Shown one piece after another: positions 13,940 to 26,800 of a stretch of DNA of 64,000 nt. The translations under genes and the position numbers were made by a program. Source of the DNA: Phoronis australis (Eukaryota > Animalia > Phoronida); contig NMRA01000010.1 in assembly GCA_002633005.1 (NCBI GenBank), positions 1,804,516 to 1,868,515 of the forward strand, given 5' to 3'. Positions within the stretch are counted from its first letter, which is position 1, and each line of letters opens with the position of its first letter. The notes below the pieces were generated by a model. It was given only the letters and a program-made list of their open reading frames with translations, ran no database searches and was not told the DNA's origin.

Positions 13940-14100
13940 TGCAGAATAGCCAATGGCCGTCGCACCGTCACGCAATTATTTGTTGTGAGAACGTGATTGG
14001 TTAATAAACATAGACGTTATAAAAACAATGCGATGACGTTCAAGTTTTGTTGTCACGCATTAAAAAAGATTCACCGTTAGGACAAGTTAAGAGTATAAAG
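13940..14100. promoter_or_regulatory. Probable (bidirectional) promoter of the coiled-coil gene; homologues at ~27950-28105 and ~47355-47515
   Basis: AGCCAATGG and GATTGGTT CCAAT boxes in opposite orientations, TATAAA-like boxes and a TGACGT CRE-like site; the CCAAT boxes and TGACGT are kept in all three copies. Confidence 0.5.
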
Positions 14101-14131
14101 GGGTTGGCAAACGAGGAAAATCACACGTTCG

Positions 14132-17100
14132 ATGAAGCTACATCTTACGAGAGAGCTCTCGTTGTCAAAACAGAGTTCGTGCCGTCCTGTGATGGCCAGC
14201 ACGTCGACAGAAAACGGCGACACGCCAAATTCCCAGACATTATCTCGGGAGCCCCATATCATGAAGCCAGGGGTTATCTCCACACTTTCTGAAACCCAGA
14301 GGAGCGCGGGTGAAGAGGTAAAGAATTATTTAAAAAGAATTGATGATTTGACGGAGGAAAATCGCAAGATGAAATCTGAAATGGAAATTGTTCAGAAAGA
14401 CAGGGACGCAAAGAAACGTCAACTTAAAGCATGGCGACACAAGTCTCGTAAGTGTGTTAACTATTGCACCTTTGATTGTCCCGTATGATGCGCAGAGAAA
14501 CTAGACGTTCATCAGAACATTTGTTAAAAATGTCTCTTGTCACGTCGATAATTTTATTGAAAGATCCTAGATACTGTGAGGACGCGGATGTACATGACGA
14601 ACATGAAATTAAACTCCTACTAACTGAAGGCTCATAACAATGTAAGAACTCATAGACAAACATTTTGTTTTAATCTTTATGTTGTTATCGTCCGATAATT
14701 TGTTAACACTTTTCAGAGGGTTTACGGGAGAAGCTCGACGAATGTAGAAAGGATATGGACCTGATGCATAAACGTTCACTTGAAAATTATGGTAAGTTGT
14801 ATGTAGCGAGTGGCCCACGAAGTACAAGGTGTTGACGAAATGGGTCACGTGAATTAAATTTAACTTAGCACTGCTCGTTGGGGCACTTTGATGTATCCTG
14901 TACTCTCGAACATAGGGCCTACTTGTTTCAGTTTTTTCTATAGTTTCGAAAGATATTCATCAGTTAAATGTTTGCAACCTTGTTTACATTCTTTTCTACA
15001 GATGAAGTCGTACTTAAATATGAAAAAGAACACCAAAAAGTTCAAGGACTGCAAATGACGCTGGCGTTAACGCAAGAAAGGTTGGAGGAGCAGACAACAA
15101 TTATTGAGCAAATGCGCACAGGTATTTTGATTGGTTACTATGTGTAATCAGTGCGTGCGTAACTATGGTGATTCATGTAATTGTGGTGACGAACAGTTGA
15201 TACAGATGCTCGTTACTGATTCTAATCAAGTCAAAATTTCGACATAAATTCTATTTCGACATACCCTATAGTAAAAAGTGCGCTTTCATAAAAATGTTCT
15301 ATATATTCAATTTTTGAGCACGTGGTCCTCCGTTTTGTACATTTTAAGTCATTTCGAATAAATTCAAAGCTCGTCTGCACCAAACATTAATTATAGATTC
15401 TGTGTCTTTTTCACGAACAAGGCGTCGAACACTATGACCTCATGTTAAACTTTATGATTGTCTCCTCAAATGCGCGGTTCTACACACGCCCATTCTTGTA
15501 CGTAAACCTGTTAATCCCAGACGCGTTTCGCTGTTTTTTGCGTAGCTCCGCCAGAAACTCTCCGTTCATTAACGTGTAAATTTCCTTCGCAGACGGTGCC
15601 ACAAAATCCGAAGAACACCTGAAAGAAAAGTGCGACCTTCAGGTGGCGCTGACGACGATGACTCGTGAAAAGCAAAGTGAGCTGATTTTAAGAGAAGAGC
15701 GAACACGGACAGGTACATCACTGATTTTAGGCAATGACCATCGCCTCTGTTGGCCCGAACCAGAGGCGATGCAGCTCCTATAGGCGCTCTGTACGCCGGA
15801 AGCTTTTCGGCGAATTATGCCTCGCACCGACTAAACCATCAAAGTCACGTTGTTATAAATACTTTTTGCGCATAGAGGAACACCTTAGGAGGTTGTCGAT
15901 GTGTTTAATTCCTTCCAACTCGAACAAATACTCCCGATATGAAACTTTTTCTTCGAGCAGTCCCTATTTCAGTTCCCAAAATCGTGAAATCACCATTTTT
16001 ATACTGCGCACGCTCCAATTTTTACCGCGCTCGCTAGGTGATGTGACTTCATCACCTCAATCTTTAGGCCAAAGGTGAGCCATTGCGGTCTTGTCAGTCA
16101 AATGTTCGTTTCCAAAATGCCACCACTTATACTTGTCTTTAATTGGCGTTACTTGAAACTGATTATATTTCAATGAATTGTTGTTTGTATTTGATAAAAA
16201 TAAATGCTGTTGATATGACATTTAATAATCTTTGTGCACATATTTGACATTTTAATGTTTAACAACACCACACGGCAAATGCACGGCTGGTTCCCGGCAG
16301 CACGTACGCAAAGGGCGGGAACTTCAGCTTTCAAAGTTCGCCGGTAGGATCGCAACTTCTGACCTTCGGCCTGGTTAAAAAATATGAAAATGTTGATTTC
16401 ACGATTTTGGGAAATGAAATAGGGACTGCTGGAAGAAAAAGTTTCATAACTATAGTATTTATTCGAGTTGGAAGGAATTAAACACATCGACAACCTCCTA
16501 AGGTGTTCCTCTATGCGCAAAAGGTATTTATAACAACGTGACTTTGATGGTTTAGTCCACAGGCGCTTGGATTTATCGCAAATGACGTCACTCAATAATA
16601 TATATAAGAAAACATAAAGGTTGAGTCGGTGCGAGGCATAATTCCCCGAAAAGCTTCCGGCGTACAGAGCGCCTATAGGAGCTGCATCGCCTCTGGTTCG
16701 GGCCAACAGAGGCGATGGTCATTGCCTACACTGATTTATGCATCCCGCTAAAATGCATACTGGTGTGTAGCACTTCGTTTTTCAATGATAAAATGAATGG
16801 TTGAATCGTTGTCTATTACAAAATACACAAAAGACGTTTGCTCAAGGGCATTCATTATATGTGAAAATGTGTGTTTGAATATTGTGTCATCTTCAACAAA
16901 ATGTTAACTTCAATGGTGGTTGCTGGTTAAAGACATTGAAGTAATTTTGTATCGAATTATAATTATATCCTGTTGTTTTTGATCGAGTTGTGGTTAAATT
17001 GGGAAATATAGTAATTAAAACGAGATATTTCCCTGCAGGTGAGCTCGTCTCGCAAACAAGTGTCAACAACAAATTGACTGGAGATACTAAATCCGTGTTA

Positions 17101-18901
17101 GCCGAAGAAAAAGGCCAGTGTCGAGCTACAGACACCACAGACGATGAGAATAGGAAACGTCTGCAACAAACAAATGGCTTCCACTTAGCTTTGAGAAAGA
17201 ACATGGAGAGAGTTGGCAAGATGTCCGATCATTTAGCTACCCTCACCCAGTCGGTTGAAGAACTGATACCTGAGTTGTTCTCAATGTCCAAGAAGTGCGA
17301 AGTTCAGCAAAACCTCATTGCTGCGCTAGTAGCGAAAAATGCTGTCTTAGAAGCGGACATGTCATCTCTTGCTTTGGAAAAAGTTGCGGACGAAAAAGGT
17401 CGCAAGTTTTTGTTAGCAGCCACCGTTATTTGTGCGTTATGTAAAGACATGGAACTCAAGCAATCAAACGACGTGATTCGTCGCTTGAACCACGAGCTGG
17501 GACAGTTTAAACAAAATCAAATTGAGCTTGAGAAGGAAAATCTAAGAAAAGATTACGTCATCGAGACGCTCCAGAAGTGTCAATTTGAAACGATTCTTCA
17601 AAAACTTAAGAAGCTCAAGCCTAATACCACCGTTAGAGAGGGAGACTCAATTGAAAGGTGCAAGAAAATAAATCACCTAGTTAATGAATTAGCTGAGCAG
17701 AAGCGCCACGCGAATGGCTTACGTGAAGAACTTGAATTGCGCTCTCGAGAAATTAACGAACTAAGCCAGAGCCAGCACGCGCAAAACGTACAGATAGAGA
17801 AATATGTCAGAACTATTATGGGCCTGAAAGAGGAAAATTGTCAACTGAAATCCCAGATGGAGAGTCTTCAGGAACATAGTGAAGGACTGGATCGGCAAAT
17901 TGGAATTCTGCGAGAGACGGCGAGTAAGTTACACGTGAAATTGTTCAGAGTTTATGACATAAATTAGTGCTTTTTTCAAGGGGTACAATGGTTCTGTTGA
18001 ACATTGCTAATACTAATACGTAAACACTGAGCACATAAAAAACAAGAAATAGACGTTGTAACATCAATCGTATGCACAATTCAACAGCGTTTTAAAAACT
18101 TGCTATGGGAAAGCATGTAATTGCACACAAGTGCCGCAAAGTCCGAATTTTTTTAAAATTCGATGAGTTATTTAATCAGATGTTCCATTCTATACTTTAT
18201 CAGACAGAAGTGTGACAATTAAACCTTCATTTCAGGAGACTTCCAGCTCAAACTTGAAAGAACCAGAATGGATATGAAGGCGATGTATAAAACACCACCA
18301 CTTCGTCCTTCAGGCAACATGGCTCGCCGAAACCATGGTAGGTAAACGTCACGAGTTTTTGCAGTTTAGGAGACTAAGGAATTAAATAAGTGTGTTTTCT
18401 ACACAGTTGACAGGCACACCCCTTACGCACGTTTGAACGCACAAATGCAAGCATAATTAGATGCAACGTGCGCATTGCATCGAAATGTATGCTTACTGCA
18501 ACGGTCCAAAATTTCACCAAGCGTAAAAGATTTGGTTTATCCCCGAATCTACTGTCCAACCTGCGAGTGTTTCTAAAGGACATGCGGACATTCACTGGAT
18601 ATTGGGTCCGCATGTTGAAATTCAAACCAGACAAACTCTGTCTTTTATGTTACACGCACAAACATCTCTCTGAATGTTCCAACTGTGTCGACTTGACTCG
18701 TGAGGCCCAACTATTTTTTCTTTTCAGTCAGTTTCCTAACTTCATAATTCACCAAGTTATATATCGATGGTGTCATTTATTGAGATGTGCACGTAAAATG
18801 AATGAAACCATTTCTTTCCAGGGCAAATGGCAACTGCGGCTGAAGGTGTTGCATCACTTACGTCATCGGTCCAAACCTTTTCGTGTCGTTCGGCGGCTTG
18901 A
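14132..18901 (+). CDS. Orphan coiled-coil protein, copy 1 (7 exons, ~565 aa, intact)
   Basis: Exons 14132-14447, 14717-14791, 15002-15121, 15593-15712, 17039-17923, 18236-18337, 18822-18901. All introns are GT-AG and phase 1, the frame is continuous, the sequence is E/K/L/Q heptad-rich, and AATAAA lies at ~18995. Confidence 0.8.
15728..16728. mobile_element. Non-autonomous Mutator(MULE)/foldback-like DNA transposon with ~270-bp TIRs and 9-bp TSD
   Basis: TAGGCAATGACCATCGCC...GGCGATGGTCATTGCCTA with TSD CACTGATTT at 15719-15727 and 16729-16737. Empty sites at ~29728 and ~49139. Confidence 0.9.
16558..16626. mobile_element. Truncated CACAGG-type MITE nested in the MULE right TIR
   Basis: Same element as 30799-30899 but lacking the right TIR; absent from the left MULE TIR. 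Confidence 0.8.
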
Positions 18902-20093
18902 GAGCACACTCGCAAACTTAACGCAAGAGGGAATTTGTGTTTTACGATTTTCTATTATTTCTTGTTATCATATTGACATTTACTTGATTTGTCCAATAAA
19001 TGTTTAAATATTATTACGATTCCGTATCAATATACCACATCTTGTGGAAAAGTAAGATGGATACCCTCAACTGAACGAAACAGTCGTTTCACTCATGATT
19101 TGGGCCCATTATTTTTGATCGACATATGACTCTAATAAACATAAGCACTAACTGCGTCAGAAGTAAGTTCACAGAGATGAAAAGGAGGCCGAGGTAGGCG
19201 TCATAAGGTCATTTATGATGACGAAATACAATTACAGGGAATATGATACAGAATGCAAAATAACGATTTCCCTTTTCCCTCTTGCTCGTTTTCTGGTTCA
19301 AAATGCCACACTCCAAAGGGGGCATTATGGGTTTATTGTAGAAAAACTCATTCTGGGTATTTTTGTTGTATGTGTTAAACTTCTTTAAGTTGTGGATATA
19401 AGCTTTGATCAGAACGTTTTTCTGATCTTGAGCTTAATTGACAAACATTCCGTGATGAGGTTGATCTTCCTCTTAACACAACAAGGAGCACTAAAAATGT
19501 ATGCTTCCCTTTGTTCTCTATCGACGTAATAAAAACGCCGGAACAGCTAGTTAACCAATTTATTATCCCCCCCAAAGACATCGATGAAACAAACGATTGG
19601 CTGAAACTGAAAAATTAAACGTCTGGTGCACGCCGGAACAGAAACAGGGCCTGACAAAAACGGACGAAAGGATTCGACGCTAGGAGCGGCACAAGAATTT
19701 CGTTGCAAAAAAGAACGCTTTTGTAGCTTTAGAACCCAAAAAAAATATTTTTAGGGAGTACAAGGCGTCTTTTAGTAAGGAAGACACCTCCCTTCCCTTC
19801 ATCCTCCACGAGGGTGCCCATGTCGACCACAGGATCATCAGTAAGGAAGCGTTCACTTTAACTACGCTCTAATGGGAGGTATTTGTTGTGTGATGCAGCA
19901 AGTAATGGGTCAACTTTGAGTGGAAACAACAAAGGAACTGTTTTAACTTAGACAAAACTGATATCTTTCAATACAAAAGACATAGAAATTCGTGTTGGTT
20001 GCGGCCTAAAATGAGAACTATCATTCCAGTTTCTGAATACCCTTGACAGGTGCGAAGAAACGTTAGCTGCTTCTGAATTAAGACTATAAAATT

Positions 20094-20230
20094 AAAAACA
20101 GAACGATCGCCCCACAAATAAAAAAGTTCACATTCAGTCAACGTTTCGTCATCAGGATGATGTCTAATGAATAGAGGAAACGTTGATTGAACGTGAGCTT
20201 TTTTATTTGTGCGACGATCGTCCGGTTTTT
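20094..20230. repeat. ~137-bp near-perfect palindrome, MITE-like (copy at 33376-33512)
   Basis: AAAAACAG.ACGATCGCC.CACAAATAAAAAAG.TCACATTCAGTCAACGTTTC pairs with its reverse complement. Absent from the homologous site at ~39285. Confidence 0.75.
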
Positions 20231-20374
20231 CATCCTACTGTGGCCAAAAACTGTTATAATTTAAAAGACTATTAGGTGACGTAAAAATTAAGAACGTCAC
20301 CATGACGCATTTTTCATGTCTACCATTATGGAGACAAGTCGCAAAATGCTGTTGGGACTTTTGTGAAAAGTAGT

Positions 20375-20512
20375 ATGGGTAAATTTTTGAAGAATCTTCG
20401 AGCATGCCTGTCATGCCTGTGTTGCCAACTTTTCTGCTTGAAGAGTACGGCGATGGATGAAGACAAAGAGAGTCTTGAAAATGAGGCAAGTGAAAAATCA
20501 ACACTAAAATGA
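20375..20512 (+). CDS. Putative small lipid-anchored protein (45 aa)
   Basis: MGKFLKNLRACLSCLCCQLFCLKSTAMDEDKESLENEASEKSTLK: Gly2, a Cys cluster and an acidic tail. The N-terminus is identical in three copies. Confidence 0.35.
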   Translation: MGKFLKNLRACLSCLCCQLFCLKSTAMDEDKESLENEASEKSTLK

Positions 20513-21952
20513 GAATAATTTTGGCCACGGATTCTAAAAGACCGTGGCTCCCTCTTGTGGAGAGGGAGTGCATGAAATGTATTCTTCATAGAATAGTTTA
20601 GCTTTACTGAGACAGTTACGGAAATATGAGCTAAAGTTTAAAGTGAAAATTGTCGTGCGCATTTGAAACTTGAAAACATGAAGATTTTTTTATTGTGAAC
20701 GCAGACTTTTAGCTCTTTAATTTAAAAGATTGGACCAAAAGGAAAACTAAATCACCTAGGGTTGATCAAGTAGTCGATCTACATGTCTTGATTGGATAAA
20801 GTGAACTGTGTCCGTTTAAAAATACCACTTCTTGGATTACTGGTCCCCAAATTTGGGCTATAGGTCAGAGGTCACGGCCATGTTTGGTCATTTTTTCTAC
20901 TGTTTCCAATGGTTGAAACAAGATTATTGTACAGAACCCAGTTGTAATCCAGCAGATAGTTGAATGTATTTGTCCACACTTGATATGAGCATATCCAAAT
21001 GTTGGTCCTAGACAGCATGTTAAGCTAATTTCCATTTACTGTGTGAATTTCTTAAACCGACAAGATCGTTATAGAAAGGCAAATCTATTCTCGCAAACCA
21101 TGGGATGCGATTTCAATTTAGATTGCAAATCGCATTAATATGATCTTTGCCGCGTACATCTAAAGTGTAAAGATTCATGAAACGATATCTCAAACTTCGT
21201 ATGATTTCATAGCATTGACAAGGCTCTTGTCGTCCAGGCCTCCTCTGTTACGAAACGTGACTGAACTTGACGGCCGGTACCAGGGCGAGCTTAGCAGTGA
21301 AGGCCATAAAACTACAAAGACAGCCAGGAGTATTATAATTTTTATTTAAATATATACATATGTCCATAGGCCCAAAGTATAACATATACAAGACAGTACA
21401 TTGTTAGGTGTGTTACAAACTGCTTAGTAAATTGTGATGCTTGAGAGCTTGGTGGACAAATTTTAGAAGCAGGGTATCTGGAGTTGTCATGAGATATTCA
21501 AATTTAGATGTCGTGAGAGAATGACAAAAAAACGATCATTAAGTAAAACTTAACCCGAAGGTCTTGGTAGGCAACGGCTGCAAACTAACACAAGGTGATA
21601 TTCGTCCCCTACGCATCCTGAATTATATAACTCACACAACCTATTTTCACAGGGAATATTTGTGTGGAGACCTCATTTCACTAGCAACGAATGATTTGAG
21701 GATCACAATCGAGTCAAAGATTGGATAAAACCACGTGGGATACTAACTATTTCTAAATAATTCTCTAGACAATACATTATTTTAAACCTCAGATAGTAAA
21801 ACAGTTTTGCGTTACATCAGATTGCCAGCCTTGTAAATAACTGTCACTGACACGCTTGGAAAAAACTGTCAAGAAATACGCTGTATTAACCTTCAGAGGC
21901 AAGGGGGCACCTTCAAATAAGGTGACAGCATGACAGCTCAGGAAGAAAACTT

Positions 21953-22750
21953 CGGGACATCATGTCTCATCATCATCATCATGACTGATCGGGACATCAT
22001 GTCTCATCATCAACGTCACGACTGATCGGGACAACATGTCTCATCATCAACGTCACGACTGATAGGGACATCATGTCTCATCATCAACATCGTGACTGAT
22101 CGCGACATCATTTCTCATCATCAACATAATGACTGATCGGGACATCATGTCTCATCATCAACATCATGTCTCATCATCAACATCATGTCTCATCATCATG
22201 ACTCATCACATTCATATCATGATTTATGCACTGTTCTTCATCCAAAATGTTGTTAGAAATTGTTTTTAAAATTTTCCACTTTTGCATTGGGGGCTATCGA
22301 ACCTTTATGATTTTGATGAAAAACTCCAAAGTTGCACGGAACGAAAGCGATATAATAATTTTAAAAAATTGTAACATTCTGTTTGACATTTCATCTTGAA
22401 GACTTAAGTCGAACGAAATTTGATCATGTTAATGATACCGTTGTTTTTTCTTGGATCTACCTTGCTGTTTTGCTAATTTTTTACTGGAACGTTTTGATCC
22501 CGTGACCCAATTAATAGCAGACAGGTGCTAAGTCTAAAATCAAGGTCTAAGCCTTTCAAAAAATATAAAAACATTTACTGCGTTATTGCAGATATTTGTT
22601 TAAAAATTACAAGTATTCTGTCTGAAACACATCAACATCATGTCTGAGCGTGACATCATGTCTCATCATATGACTGATCGGGACATCATGTCTCATCATC
22701 AACATCATGACTGATCGGGACATCATGTCTCATCATCATGACTGATCACA
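21953..22750 (+). repeat. Minisatellite arrays (21953-22210 and 22629-22750), same 34-37-bp family
   Basis: GGGACATCATGTCTCATCATCAAC(G/A)TCA(C/T)GACTGATC units. Confidence 0.9.
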
Positions 22751-23810
22751 TTCATACTACTGTTCTCCAAAAAGTTGTTAGAAATTGTTTTTAAAATTTT
22801 CCACTTTTGCATTGGGGTTTATCAAACCTTTATGGTTTTAATGAAAAAACTCAAAAGTTGCATAAAACCAAAACGATATTATAATTAAAAAAATGTAACA
22901 TTCTTTTTGACATTTCATCTTGAAGACTTATATCGAACGAAATTTGATCACGTTAGTGATACAGTTGTCGTAACCCAATTAATAGCAGATAGGAGTTAAG
23001 TCTAAAATCAAGATATAAAGCCTTTCTACATTCAAAAATATACTTTTACTAAGTTAAGGTTTATAGTTGTAGGTATTTGGTTTAATACACCAACAAATCA
23101 ATACGATCCTACAAACCTTAATTTTATAATAAGGCATTGTTGAAGCAAGTCACGGACACGGGCTGGTGGGACTAAGAATCAATAGACTACAATCTTTGAC
23201 GTTGTGTTATACTTCGTTTATTTTGACTTTATTCTATGTGACTGGACCAAAATTATCAGGGGTTCCTCCGTCAAATTATTAATACATTGCAGTGTTTAAC
23301 GAGTCAGTTGTTCACACAAACAAGAAATAGGCATATAAGAAAATTTTCGGTGATTGAAAATCGTATGCTTTCTGCTCCGAAATCCAGAAGGTTTTTCCGA
23401 ACAAATGAAATTTGTGTTTAAAACGGGTCCGGACAGCGCAGATCTGTAGACAATAGGCGGTGTGGGAACTGGGTAATGAAGAAATTCTCAATTTCGTAGT
23501 TTATTTAAATATACCTGAAAGACAGTATCCCCAAAAACTCCTTAGGGTTTATCGAATTTATCGAGAAAAGTTGTTATTGTTAACTATGTTCAGATCAGTG
23601 AAGCGCAACAGGAAAAGTCGAATATTACTCATTACGTTCACGTGCTTACAAAGAGTTAAATAATATTTCTGATGACTGTTCAAGAAAATAGGACTACATA
23701 ACGTTATATTCGACAGAGGTCATAATCCGAAAACCAAGTCTTTATTTGCCTGAAGTTTTTTAAATAATGCTTTAGGACTTCCATAGCATTTGTATGATCA
23801 TGTCACTTTT

Positions 23811-26800
23811 ATGCAAACAATTACAGTTTAGCAGGGAAGCTGTTGCGTAATGTGTAATGACGTCTGCAGACAACGTCGCTTTTGACGACATAACGAGCAC
23901 AAGAAAGAATGGGGCTAGGGCCTTAAGTCTTCCCCTGACTACAGTGGCGAGTATCTCCATAAAACTCCCACAGGTGTCGTTTGACTTCACCCAGTAGCTG
24001 AAGCCTGTGTCTCTGGTTCAGTTCTTTGCTAGCGGCGTAAAATATAAGACAGGTGCATTGATGGGGAGGAACTACAAGCGACTGAACCGTCTCTCTCTCT
24101 CCCTCTCCCTCTCCCTCTCCCTCTCCCTCTCCCTCTCTCTCTCTCTCGAACATCACCAAAACAAGGATTGCCATTCACAGAATTGTGGTGAAGGACGGCA
24201 TCATACACCGAACAACATCATGCTTCGCTTCATTCACTCCGTCATTCGCACTGGATGCACGATGGATCGTCATGGGGAGGTACAAGACTTGTACCGTAGG
24301 AAAATGATATCACACAATCTCAGGAAAGTCAAGTCTTGCTTCCCCAATGTATTGTATACACCGTTTGAGTTTACTTGCTTTCGAAAAGTCAAATCATGCG
24401 TCTCAAATTCATTCCGTCGAGCGCTTGGATTCAAGAGCAGCTTCGGAAGACATGGTACGTTTAATGTACCCGAACACCACAGATGTCGCTGCTCGCCTGC
24501 GGAAAGCCACCGACGAAGACGAATGCGTTGTTTTAACATAATACCTGTTCGGTGCAACCGGAGATTGGTTGTCCGAAGGAACTCTCGTCAGAGCTTGTCC
24601 AACAGGCAGCTCTCTGTAGAAAATTGGGTCCCTTATTACGCAAGATCACCGACAGCGGTTATACCAGACGCAGACAAGGCACCCTCTATAGTTATTAACG
24701 TGAAACAAAACTGTAGGCCTATCAGAAAACGGGAGCCAAAGACGCTTTATTTTCCAGAGAGATCATTTGAAAAGAGCGATGATTTTGAGTAAACTCGGCT
24801 GTTATTATGTCTTCAATGTTGTGTGGCAAACAGACACATAATATGGCGTCAACACAAAACATTAGAATCAGCAAGCAGCAGGAGGCTCTGCAAAACTCCA
24901 AAACTGTTCCAGTAGAAAAGGGCGCTGCAAGGAACGTTAGTAGCGCTGCCTCCTTTGTCCGTCAGATGCAAATAGGGGCTCCCTCGGACTCTAAGATCAG
25001 CCAGTGCATTTGCCTTCTAGCTAAAGTGGCCCCATATGTGCTACTTGTAATAATACAGACGTTTAGATTTTCATTTATTTTATAATTAGTACAAGAAGAT
25101 TTCTTTTGTCAATTTTTCTTTTCATTTGAATATGCTTTGTAGTTGTATACAATGAGTAATGTCAGTACTGAACACGGCTTATTTTCACCAGCTAAGCCTA
25201 TCGTTTTCATATATATATATATATATATTTTAATAAAATTGTCTATTGCCTTTTGTTAATTGATAACCTACTTTTAGTTACGATCACATGCAAATTTTGT
25301 TGCTATGCAGTGTATTAATTTCAAATTCGGTGCACCTAGAACTATCTGTGCTTTTTTGTTAACATTTTTCGTACTATGGTTCTGATTTTTTTCCCTCTTC
25401 ACAGTTACCAAATGCGAGAAGACGGCGATTTCTCCATCGTCGGCATAGGACGTTCGGGCTATGTCTATCTTGGGAATTTCTTAAATGTCGCTACGGGTAT
25501 TGAGCAAAAAGCTTGTATAAAAAATTACCTCTACGACAACAGGGAAGCTGTAGCTGAGGTGGAGTACCAATGTCTACAGGTCCTTGCTCCCTACAGATGC
25601 GTCCCCTTTGGGATGTTTCTGACACCAACGGTAGACAAGGAAGATACGCCGACACTTGGAATCGTCATGGAATTCATAGAAGGCTCTACACTCGCTGATT
25701 ACATAGACGACCGTCTTAAAAATGGTGATGAGGTGGCCATGCCGATTCCCGAAATTGTGAAGGTCTTACTGAAAGCCGCTAAAGCAGTCCATTGTGCCCA
25801 CAAGCGAGACATACTGATCAATGATTTCCACATTGAGAATGTGATGGTGGAACGAGAAACCAAAAACGTGAAACTGATTGATTTTTGTCATGCAACCATT
25901 AAGAACGGTTATTATTTAGTAAGTTTTTTTAATTTTAAGCGACATCAAATCCTTGCTTTTTGTCAAAAAGTAAGACTCTATTTAGGCCACGAAACATTAT
26001 GATATTGGTTTCAAATTGTTTAAGCTCATTTTTTAAGGGCAAGTGTTCTAAATCAAAACATGTTTTTGGCAGAAGCCACGGCTTTAAAGATCCAACGATG
26101 TTTCGAAATATTGCCCGTCATTCGTCGTAACGGGAATCGTGATCTTGGTAACTATGTGGCTATTTTCAAGACATGTGTCGTATTGTTGACCTATATTTGC
26201 AAGACTGAAATTCGATTATTTTTTCAACTTATCACTTCCTCATTTTGGCAAAAAGCATTAAACAAATCAAAATTGGGAGCTTATACAAGTATTACATTTG
26301 CAGAACTCAGTTAAACCGGACCATGGGGAAATTTTTGTTCGTTCAAAAATGTTTGTGACTGACAATTGTTAACAGTTCTATAAACACACCTTCCGTCAGA
26401 CTAACGTTTGATTTTGACTATTGACTGTTGAGTCTCAACATGTCTCGTGCTCTAATAAATAGATTTTGGGTTTTGGAATCACACTGGCTTGCCACGGCAG
26501 GTTATTTTCTACACTATTCTTTGTTTTAAGCACTAGTTCAAGTTCTCTCTACCAGACTTAGGGACTGTTTGAATACTCACTGGTAAGTGGTCTATAGCAA
26601 AAAATACTATCAATGACAGAACGCTTTTGAACAACTTTTTAGACAACTTGTTACTATAAGACTTCTCTGCTCTTTCGTTATTGGTGGTCTTCGAGTAGGC
26701 TCAACTGAGAGTTGTCTTTTCATTCAGCTACGGCGTCATTGCTCGGCGAAAGTGGAATCACCTGGCGCCAGAGGTGCAACATGGCGAAATCACGTCGGTA

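Noticed and set aside
16170-16706. 178-aa and 162-aa (30498-30986) minus-strand ORFs as a transposase
   Set aside because: They lie within the MULE TIR and nested MITE, have no DDE or zinc-finger motifs, and are mirrored by the opposite TIR.
18468-19007. 179-aa ORF (and 51118-51345)
   Set aside because: Spans intron 6 and reads exon 7 of the coiled-coil gene in the wrong frame; its length is not conserved between copies.
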